A stretch of DNA of 64,000 nt, from assembly GCA_045837725.1 (NCBI GenBank), contig JBEWZL010000304.1, positions 124,001 to 188,000 of the forward strand, written 5' to 3'. Position 1 is the stretch's first letter; the number at the start of each line of letters is the position of its first letter. Source of the stretch: Vermamoeba vermiformis (lineage: Eukaryota). The position numbers and the translations under genes are program-made. Below the pieces are notes generated by a model. That model saw only the letters and a program-made list of their open reading frames with translations. It had not been told where the DNA came from and ran no database searches. Shown here piece after piece: positions 38,371-48,973 of this stretch.

Positions 38371-41314
38371 ATGGATGCGACATCGAGGATCTCAAGATGG
38401 TCTTCAATTGTGTCAAAAATTGCCGAAGTAATAGCTAATACGGGTAAGTAACTTGATCATTATAATATTAGTATTAAAATGCGCAAGTAAACGACTTGTA
38501 TTCTGCAATATTTCTCAAAAACAATTATAATAATTATCTACGGCATTATTTAGACCCACAAAAATTATCAAATGGTCAAATGAATACCACAGAAAAGAAA
38601 TTATACGAGGTTGCAATTTATCTTTCAGATTTGCATAAAAAATATCCTCTCGACAAACCTACAACCTCAGATCGATTCCCAAATGAGCACTATATACAAT
38701 ATATCATATCAGTATGTATATATTATTAGTTTAAAGTACCTACGTCCAATTTTATTTGACATTAATTCGATACTATTTTCCGATGTACTAACAAAAACTA
38801 TTTTTTGCGTCAGTTGGTAGAAACGCGGGACTTTACAACAGCAGCTATATTTCCTCGATTAGAATTACACGGACTCGATGGAGTTGTCGAAGGCAAAAAC
38901 ATTTGGACGGAGTATATTGGTACGAAAAAAAACAGATCCCGTTTTTAAACCTAAATTTTAACATTAATAATTAGCATATGTCATTAAGCGTTATGGAAAG
39001 AATAGGACTTGTATATGGAAACCTTTCATAAGAAAATTGATAGTTTTAATCGACGAGAAGATTATTGACATCAAATCTTGTTTGGATCGGCCAGTCGTCT
39101 TCACTACATTCTTTAAGCTTGGATTAGACACTATAGAAAAATGGAAATATACACCTAGCAAAGATGAACAACCTCAGCCTTGGCTACGATTAATTTTAAA
39201 TAGTTCTGCTACCTCTCACGTGCAAGACGATCTAATTCGTTTTCTTCGAAAATTTGATGAACGAACGATTCCTATTGATGCAAATAGTGTTAAATCAATT
39301 ATAGAGTACGGAAAGCATCGAATTTTCAAAGAATGGTTGCAGATCGCGGATTTTTCTAAAAGTACGTATTTTTATTTAGTCTACGATGTAATAACGTCTT
39401 ATTTATTGAAGTGCAATTTGAATTTGGAAGAAATATATTACACGAAATAATTCCAAGAGGAAAAGGCCTCTTCAGACGATATATTGAAAAATATAAGGAC
39501 AAACTCATGCGGCGGTAACAACATAACGCCAATTTTTCTTCGAATCCTCACTAATATAAGATAAATAGTGACTCACGTGGTATTTACCCTATAGAAGATA
39601 TCCTACGTGCACCTTCTTTACTTCGTGATCGTAAGTTCAAAATTTTATCAATTTTATTTTTCGTTACAAATTTTTTATTAACGCTTTAATATTAAATTAC
39701 GCAGCGATGATTGCCAAAGTATTTAGTACAGTAGCAAACAGGAATATGACTGCTGCTGAATTTAAGACTCTAATGCAGCGGTTCACGGTTTATCATCCGG
39801 ACTTTTTGATAAATCCAGCGCGCTTCAGATTTGCGTTGGAAGGCTTTTTCGATCCTGAACCCTCAAATTTGCCCAATTTAAAGAACAGTAAGTATATAAC
39901 TTTATATTTTTATTATTATTCGATTCTAATTTTTAACTGTAGCGTGGATCGAAAACGTAAAACAACGCAGAACAAGCGGAAATGATATTCCGTTACTAGA
40001 ATTGCCTAGAGATATATTCTATACCATCTTAGAATACGCAAGCTTGACGATAGCATTATCGTTCACCGTGGTATCAAAAGCCCTTCGTCAATACGTGAGA
40101 TCAGATCCGTCGTTCTGCAAGAGGATTGTTCAAATTACTCGACCGCTCATTTTCAAACAAGAAATTTCAAAAGAAAATATTAACTGGGAAGATATAATGA
40201 AAGACAATATGAGGTAATTCTAACATTTGTTTCGAGATCCGTTATTGATATTCTTTTTTCGGCAGAGTTGAATACGGATGGCAAAATAGCAAACCGAAGG
40301 AAACTAAGATATTACCTTGGTTTTATTTTCAAACATTGACTCGTGTCGAAGCAATGGACGACGAATTCATTGTGCACTCGCGCGGCAGAAGAGTGTTAAA
40401 TCTTTGGAGCTTCAAAACTGAAAAAACTTTGCAATCTTATTCCATCGATTTGTCTTTTACGAAACGAGCGACATTGTTCCGACCATCTTCGACCAAGAAC
40501 CGTGTTTGCTGTCCGTGGATAGAGCCAATTTACACATTTTACGGAATGGACAGAAAACGACCCAAAATTTGGGAAAAGTTAATAATTTTTCTTCTTGTAG
40601 ATCAGCTATCGCCGTTGACGATAAGACGATACTTTTAGGTAATTACTAATTTGTACCGAGCAAATTAATTCTGACCTTTTTTTCTTAGAAAATTCGAGTA
40701 TTTTGTGGGACGTAGAAACGGCCAAAATTAGCATGACGCTCGATATTCCTAGTGCCGGCTACAACCACCACTACGTCACCGTTCCAGCACTATGCAATAG
40801 AAACTCTAAATTGTTGGCAAAAGTCTCATCTCAAAACAAGAAACTTCATTTTGTTGATTTGAGAACCGGCAAATCAATATGGACTATGAATGATATATTA
40901 ACAACTTCGATGGGATTTATGAGAGACAATTTAATGGCCGTAACAACTCAGTCATCGATTTTCAAGCTTGATCTCCGAAATTTCCAACAACAAGTACTTT
41001 TATCGAACGTAAGTCAATAATACAAAATCTACTACTACTCATTGCTCGTTATTTTTAACCGAAATTTTTATTTAAAAATCCGAGCTTGCAATAACATTTG
41101 AACGATCCAGGAAATGTTGGCTGAGATAACTCCATTTATGGATGCACCCAATGGTCGGTTAATATTAGGAACGCAAGATATGCACGGCTATATGCTATGG
41201 GACTTGCGAGAAGAGCACTGGAGAAAAGTTCAATTCGGATCGCGTTTGTTGCAAATCAATTCACATTCAGCCGTTGGATCTAACAAAAACAACATAATAA
41301 TTGAAAAATATTAG
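38371..41314 (+). CDS. Protein with internal F-box and C-terminal WD40-like beta-propeller
   Basis: Splicing 39888-39941 puts the N-terminal exons in frame with LLELPRDIFYTILEY...VVSK (F-box). Downstream are LNLWS, LWDVET, FVDLRTG, LDLR and LWDLR strand-end motifs. Confidence 0.7.
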
Positions 41315-41873
41315 CTTCGATATAAGCTAGTTAGTGCTAGGCATACTTCAGCGCTCGCGGTGGATCGAGCAGATCTAGTAACGAACTTAACTCACTGTTA
41401 GTAAGTAATAAACTACATCTTCAACATCAAATCCAATATAATATAATAATATACTAAATTATTAATAGACGACAACGCACAAGTTAAAGGTTGAACTTGC
41501 GGTCCAATCGGAAAGCGGGCGATTATGTAAGTAGATCTATTCAGCGGATTGACTGCATTAAATCGATATCAAAAATAGCATTCTGTTTTTCTTCTGGCAC
41601 ATCGATATTATTGTGCGCCGAGTGTCACATTTGCAAAGATATTTTTAGATACGCAATTTATAGTCCCGTAGGACAGGCCAAAAGGCCAATGCAAATCATT
41701 GGTTGGTGATCACGTGATCATACCAAATTTAGAATTGATGTACTAGAGTCCCTTACCTTATAAGGAAATAGCCGTAGGATACATCTGTGGTTCGAAACAC
41801 AAGTTTTCCTCCGAAGTCAGAGATAAATTCGAACTTGCAAGGAGATTTTTTCAATTATATCGTGTTGGACACA

Positions 41874-44480
41874 ACAAACGACATCGCTGCAAAATGAAAA
41901 TTGTTGTATTTTGTTTGATATATCTCGTTGTAGTGTTTCTGGATTCGACATCCGCACAATCTCCTTCGGATGCGGCACTCAAGTTCGACGTAACGCTCAG
42001 CAAGAACCCTCCTTCTATCATTCTCAAGTGGGACTTGGTTCGTATTAGCGGCTACGACTTTACAAATGCTGTGTTCACCGTCTACCGAACGAATCCGACA
42101 AATCTAGGTTCTTGGGGCGCCGTAGTCAAGAACATACCAATCGTCAATACCACCAATACTTATTCATATAGTGATACTAACGTATCGGTAATTACAACCA
42201 TATTTTTGAGCTCGATGATTTGTGTACTGATTCACAATTTGTCTCATGCGGATGTAGGTCGGTGTTGCGTACGAATACAGAGTCGTCTGTCAAATGTCCT
42301 CGCAAGATATAGAAGGCCTAACAGTAGCTGGTATTGAAATACCGCTCGTTGAAAACAGAGGCAACGTGATCTTGGTCGTTGAGCAACAAGCGGCCAGTAA
42401 TATGACTGCGGAACTCAATCAGCTCAAAATGGACTTAATTGGTGATGGATGGACCGTAAACTCGTTAACAGTAGCTAAGACTAGCACCGGTAAGTAAATC
42501 GTTCAGATTTTTGTTCGATCAAGTACATCCGCCGGATGCGATCTCCGAACACCTCGCGAGATATTGGCTAATTTTATTATGACGTAGTATCCCAAGTCAA
42601 GGCTCAGATTGTTTCAGCATTGGGAACCAGCAACTCGTCAACGATATTTGTTTTTGGAAGCGTTCCTGTTCCATACAGCGGTGAACTAAATCCAGATGCG
42701 CACCCGAATCACATCGGAGCATGGCCTGCAGATGGTAAGCTTACGTATATTTACTATTATAGAAGAAAATCTTTTGCGGTTTACTGCGATACTGGACGCA
42801 ATCAATCAAAACTCGAACTTTGTTATTGCAAATCCGCTAAAAGCGAATCAGGAGAATGACTAACTTTCTGTTTAGTATACTATACCAGTTTAACCGAATC
42901 CGTATGGCACGATAAAACCGTAAACGATAACTCCTCCACGGATTCACGCAACTGGAATTGGCCAGGTGATGGAAAATTCGATTTATCGAGTATCTATGAC
43001 GCTGGAATTCCTTGGACAGTATCTAACCTCGAAGTAAGTACCAAATTTCGTTAATTGTTAATCAGTAAGTTGGTAAGTACTAACGGATTCTGAACGCAGA
43101 TTGGCCGTGTGGATCTCTCCAGATTCACTGGACAAGACGAGATGGCGCTTCTTCGTAAATATTTAATTAAAGACCATGGCTACAGACATCGAGATCCTGA
43201 ATACACCTTCGCTCAACGAGGAGTTGTGAATGACGGATTTGGCTGGTTTGGTGGAGAAGCTTTTGCTGTTACAGGGTAAACTTTAACACTTATTTATTAT
43301 GCCTTAATAATTACTCCATAAACTAATGCTTTTATTGTTAGATGGAGACTACTTTCGAGTGTCGTTGGTAAAGCGAACGTCATCGCTGGCAACATTTTTA
43401 CCACATTAGGAAATACTTCGTAAGTCTAATAATAGATATAATTTGTCCTATCCGCCGGCTTCTTAACGATAATATGTTTATTAGAGCTATTTGGGCATTT
43501 GGTACTGGTGGCGGATCGTTCACAAGTGCTGGATCCGTTGGTACGACGACTGACTTTCTGACCAAACCAATGCGCGCTGCTTTCACGATGCTGTTCGGCA
43601 GCTATTTTATTGACTGGGACAGCAGCAACAACTTCCTTCGAGCACCACTTGCAGGCAGTCACGCACTGACATGCATCTCTTCTGGTCGTCCTTATGCGTT
43701 CTTCCATCACATGGGTGCTGGCTATCACACTGGCTTTTCTGCGCGTCAAACACAAGCTAATTTCTACAAGTACCCTAACTCTGTACGTGACATGTGTTTC
43801 AGTTCATTCTATTGAACTAACTATCTTAATTAAGGGCGCCTATCGTAATTATATTCATCAAAACTTAATGGGTGGTAAGTTTCATAGAGTTTGTTGAAAT
43901 AGTTGCTTTAGTTCGAAAATCTCAATTTTTTTTTGCAGATCCGACGCTCCGAATGTACATGGTGGATCCGCCAAAGAATGTCACGTTACAAGCTGGCAGC
44001 TCCAATGGTGTTTCTTTGACATGGAAAGCTTCGTCCGATACAATTCAGGGATATCACGTGTACAGATCGACCACATCCATCGAAGGACCGTATACCAGGG
44101 TCACGTCACAACTTGTCACAACGAACTCATATGTCGATACGAGTGCAGTCAAAGGCACCAATTACTACATGGTGCGTGCAGTGCAGTTGACTCAAACACC
44201 CACAGCAACTTTCTTCAATCCGAGTCAAGGAGCGTTCTTCCAAACAAACTACGTGCCTCCTGCCCAGGCTCCTAATGCTGCTAGTGGTCCAGCATCTAAT
44301 GGCAATATTCAAAACGAACCTAGCGCTATTTCAGCGGCAACCGGATTTACGAATCTGATCGGTTTTTGGATTTCAGTTTTTGCTTTTGTAATTCTATCCT
44401 TTTTGTAATTCTGTTAGTATGACGTTATAAACTTTAACTGATTAGTAAATCGAACGTAACAATCGGGTATTTAGACTTGT
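41874..44480 (+). repeat. Segmental direct duplication, unit 1
   Basis: Runs from ACAAACGACATCGCTGCAAAATG to GGGTATTTAGACTTGT and matches 45368-47916, including introns and 3'UTR. Confidence 0.95.
41894..44408 (+). CDS. Secreted, probably GPI-anchored FN3-containing protein with bacterial-like central domain, copy A
   Basis: Signal peptide; FN3-like domains at both ends (LTWKASSDTIQGYHVYRS...YVD...YYMVRAV). The central region has FGSVPVPYSG.LNPDAH, GAWPAD.YY, PGDGKFD and IGRVDL. C-terminal SAATG precedes a hydrophobic tail. Confidence 0.8.
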
Positions 44481-45305
44481 TAACGGGAGGCGTAAAACTC
44501 CTGTCGGTTTTCAATTTAAACCGCACCGGATTGGTAAGCATTAATATAATAAAAAGAATCATAAAATTATTACTAAAGAATAGAATTTTAGCTCGTCGCG
44601 ATCTCTGTCTATGGTTCTTGGAGACAACATTTTGTGAATCACAATATGATGAGGATGATTACCAAAGAAATTCGCTGCATACGCGAGAATTTAAGCGGAT
44701 TCGATATGCAACTACAGTAGAACAACAAAGAACAAAGAACTAAAAATATATGTATTATATATACCATATATATAGGCGTATTCTTGGCAAAGACACGAGC
44801 GCTATCAAGCGCTACCGTTTTTCAGCGAATCAGCAATGCTGTAATACGTATTGCTTGCTTGTCAATGCTCAGGACCTATTCAATACTATCAATGTACATC
44901 GATTCTTAGCTTGGGTTATTAAAAAATACTTATCGAAGCAAAAGCGGATGCGATCAAGTATTCCAGATCCTCGATCAATTTTTTTCCCTGGTATGTAAAG
45001 TAAATAAGCTTGGGCTATAACGAAATTAAAATTTATGAATGAGACACAGAGTTATAAAATTCGAATCTGGATTTCATTGTAACCTTGCTGTATTAGCACG
45101 GAATTTTTTTGTTGTTGCAGGGATCGTTTGCCATATTTATTTGGCTCTCACAAGCACGTTCAATCGCTGTAACCACTATTCACCTCTAATTTTGATTGAT
45201 ATCGATAGAAATTTCACAAAATCCCATTAAACTATTGGCCGACTATTTATAAAATAGACCAATATAAAAATAGTCGGCCAATCCCAATAGGATTTTACCG
45301 ACACC

Positions 45306-45360
45306 CAAAAACTGAATAAGTAGAGCCGCCTTGTTAATGTAGACAAGTTAATCTGCAATT
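45306..45360 (-). pseudogene. Orphan exon fragment paralogous to exon 2 of the 35250-36368 gene
   Basis: The reverse complement matches 35392-35446 at 51/55 nt and encodes the same INLSTLTRRLYLFSF. No upstream exon is present because duplication unit 2 begins there. Confidence 0.75.
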
Positions 45361-45367
45361 GTGTTAC

Positions 45368-47916
45368 ACAAACGACATCGCTGCAAAATGAAAATTGTTG
45401 TATTTTGTTTGATATCTCTCGTTGTAGTGTTCCTGGATTCGACATCCGCACAATCTCCTTCGGATGTGGCACTCCAGTTCGACGTAACTCTCACCAAGAA
45501 CCCTCCTTCAATCACTCTCAAGTGGGACTTGGTTCGGATCAGCGGCTACTACTTTACAAATGCTGTGTTCACCGTCTACCGAACGGATCCGACAAATCTA
45601 GGTTCTTGGGGCGTCGCAATCAAGACCATACCAATCATCAATACCACCAATACTTATTCATTTATTGATACTAACGTAGCGGTAATTACAGCCATATTTT
45701 TGGGCTTGATGATTTGTGTACTGATTCACGTCTCATGCGGATGTAGGTCGGTGTTGCGTACGAATACAGAGTCGTATATCTTGACATAGAAGGCCTAGCA
45801 GTAGCTGGTATCGAAATACCGCTCGTTGAAAACAGAGGCAACGTGATCTTGGTTGTTGAACAACAAGCCGCTAGTAATATGACAGTGGAACTCAATCAGC
45901 TCAAAATGGACTTAATTGGTGATGGATGGACCGTAACCTCTTTAACAGTAGCTAAGACTAGCACCGGTAAGTAAAGCGTTCAGATTTTTGTTCGATCAAG
46001 TACATCCGCCGGATGCGATCTCAGAATACCTCGCGAGATATTGGCTAATTTTATTATGACGTAGTATCCCAAGTCAAGGCTCAGATTGTTTCAGCATTAG
46101 GAACCAGAAACTCGTCAACGATATTTGTTTTTGGAAGCGTTCCTGTTCCATACAGCGGTGAACTAAATCCAGATGCGCACCGGAATCACATCGGAGCATG
46201 GCCTGCAGACGGTAAGCATATGTCATATCTTACTATTTATAGAAGAAAATCTTTTGCGGTTTACTGCGATACTGGACGCAATCAATCAAAACTCGAACTT
46301 TGTTATTGCAAATCCGCTAAAAGCGAATCAGGTGATTGACTTACTTTCTGTTTAGTATACTATACCAGCTTAACTGAATCCGTATGGCTCGATGAGACCG
46401 TAAACGTTAACTCCTCCTCGGATTCGCGCAACTGGAATTGGCCTGGTGATGGAAAATTCGATTTAACGAATATCTATGACGCTGGAATTCCTTGGGCGGT
46501 ATCTAATCTCGAAGTAAGAATCAGTAAGTTGGTGAACGTACTAACGGATTTGATGCAGATCGGCCGTGTGGATCTCTCCAGATTCACTGGACAAGACGAG
46601 ATGGCGCTTCTTCGTAAATATTTAATTAAAGACCATGGCTATAGACATCGAGATCCTGAATACACCTTCGCTCAACGAGGAGTTGTGAATGACGGATTTG
46701 GCTGGTATGGTGGAGAAGCTTTTGCTGGTACAGGGTAAACTTTAACACTAATTTATTATGCCTTAATAATTAATCCATAAACTAATGCTTTTATTATTAG
46801 ATGGAGACTATTTTCGAGTGTTGTTGGTAAAGCGAACATCGTTGCTGGCAACATTTTTACCACATTAAGAAATACTTCGTAAGTCTAATAATCTACACAA
46901 TATATCCTAGCCGCCGGCTTCTTACGGTCTATACGTTTATTAGAGCTATTTGGGCGTTTGGTACTGGTGGCGGATCGTTCACAGGTGCTGGAACCGTTGG
47001 TACGACGACTGACTTTCTGACCAAACCAATGCGTGCTGCTTTCACAATGCTGTTCGGCAGCTATTTTATTGACTGGGACAGCAGCAACAACTTCCTTCGA
47101 GCACCGCTTGCAGGCAGTCACGCACTGACAAGTATCTCTTCTGGTCGTCCTTATGCGTTCTTCCATCACATGGGTGCTGGCTATCACACTGGCTTCTCTG
47201 CGCGTCAAACACAAGCTAATTTCGACAAGTACCTTAACTCTGTACGTGACATGTGTTTCAACTCGGAGTATTGAACTAACTATCTTAATTAAGGGCTACT
47301 ATAGTAATTATATTCATCAAAACTTAATGGGTGGTAAGTTTCATAGAGTTGAATTTATCGTTGCAAAAGTTGTTTCTAAAAACCAAATTTTTTTTTGCAG
47401 ATCCGACACTCCGCATGTACATGGTGGATCCGCCAAAGAATGTCACGTTACAAGCTGGTAACTCCAATGGTGTGTCGTTAACATGGAAAGCTTCGTCCGA
47501 TACAATCCAGGGATACCACGTGTACAGATCGACCACATCCATCGAAGGACCATACACCAGGGTCACGTCACAACTTGTCACAACGAACTCATATGTCGAT
47601 ACGAGTGCAGTCAAAGGCACCAACTACTACATGGTGCGTGCAGTGCAGTTGACTCAAACACCCACAGCAACGTTCTTCAATCCGAGCCAAGCAGCGTTCT
47701 TCCAAACAAACTACGTGCCTCCTGCCCAGGCTCCTAATGCTGCTAGTGGTCCAGCATCTAATGGCAATATTCAAAACGAACCTACAAATCTGATCGGTTT
47801 TTGGATTTCAGTTTTTGCTTCTGTAATTCTATCCTCTTTGTAATTCTGTTAGTATGACGTTTATAAACTCACACTGATTAGTAAATCGAACGTAACAATC
47901 GGGTATTTAGACTTGT
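45368..47916 (+). repeat. Segmental direct duplication, unit 2
   Basis: Same boundary sequences as unit 1; separated from it by ~890 bp of unrelated sequence. Confidence 0.95.
45388..47843 (+). CDS. FN3-containing protein, copy B (recent tandem duplicate)
   Basis: Near-identical exons and introns to copy A. Two in-frame deletions (12 bp and 27 bp); no stop or frameshift seen. Confidence 0.8.
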
Positions 47917-48000
47917 GGACCATAAAATTGCCATAAAAAGCAAAAAGATTTCATTCTTATCGATACCTACTGCCGATACCACAAGTCATTCGAATATAAG

Positions 48001-48141
48001 ATGGGAGCCCAAGCCAGTGCCCAACGTCAATTGAACTACGCTAACAAAGAGCTTAGGAAGATAAAGAAGGAAACGAAAAGGATGGAGAAATCCGGCTACG
48101 GAAGCAAAAGCAAAAAGGGAAAGAGAAAGTACTCGTACTAG
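48001..48141 (+). CDS. 46-aa basic micro-protein with N-myristoylation motif
   Basis: MGAQASAQRQLNYANKELRKIKKETKRMEKSGYGSKSKKGKRKYSY*. Below the ORF-track cutoff; supported by a diverged paralog at 48437. Confidence 0.65.
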   Translation: MGAQASAQRQLNYANKELRKIKKETKRMEKSGYGSKSKKGKRKYSY

Positions 48142-48436
48142 TGCTACTTGATTATGGTTGGTATTATGACCATCAATTTTGCACTAAAAAACGTAAACCA
48201 CCGCAAAATGGAATTCCAGATTTAGATCTTGTATTTACTGTAGTAAAATTAACTGTTTTTCATCCTTGCTAGCGTTGATCTCTTGTAGATCTTGAAGATC
48301 GCATCAAAATTACTAACGCCGCTCTGAATTTTAGACCGCAGATCTAGCCTAGAAATGGCGGTTAACCTTCTTGACCAAAAAAAACGCTTTCTTCTTAAAA
48401 ATAATAATCAATATTACTGATAATAATAACAACACT

Positions 48437-48633
48437 ATGGGAGCCCAAAACAGTATAGCCCAACGTTCAATAACGACTATAACAAAGAGGTCAAGCGATT
48501 AAAGAAGGAAACGAAAAAGGTGGAGAAACAATACGGATCTGGAAGTAAGAGCAAGGGAAGTAAAAACAAAAAATCCAAGAACCCAGCAGCTGCAAACCCA
48601 TTGTATACCTCTGATCTCCACACAGATGCCTAG
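48437..48633 (+). pseudogene. Paralog of the 48001 micro-protein with a 1-nt frameshift (pseudogene or assembly error)
   Basis: MGAQNSIAQRS, then a frame shift to NDYNKEVKRLKKETKKVEKQYGSGSKSKGSKNKKSKNPAAANPLYTSDLHTDA*. The span is 197 nt, one short of a codon multiple. Confidence 0.6.
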
Positions 48634-48973
48634 GCAAAACTAATGACCACCATTATAAAATATTGTAATAAATATTGTAATACCTTAACAAATTAAATCC
48701 AAACTTGATAATTACCTCTGATGGTTAATTAAGGGATCGAAAAGATCTGACCGTTTTTAAATTTTTCTTAACGTTTGCTCTGCTTTTCTTTTATTATTAG
48801 AAGATCAAGTACTTCCAGAAACTTTACATTATTTGCAAGTGGATTTAACTCGATGGAACGATGTTCGGGCAAGGGTTAGGAATTCGGTGGATTTACTTAG
48901 GAATTGCGTAAAACTTGTGGTTAATATTAATTTTTATTATCGATCGGATGGAGCTTTTCTACAACGTTATCTC

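Noticed and set aside
41764-41810. Pol III A/B-box-like words (TAGCCGTAGG, GGTTCGAAAC) with GGAAA/TTTCC ends, as a tRNA or vault-like RNA
   Set aside because: About 47 nt with no cloverleaf and an imperfect B box. It lies just downstream of a TATA-like sequence ahead of the 41894 gene, so it is more simply a promoter or 5'UTR.
44540-44998. Possible plus-strand gene remnants in the duplication spacer
   Set aside because: No consistent start, splice pattern or recognisable product could be assembled.
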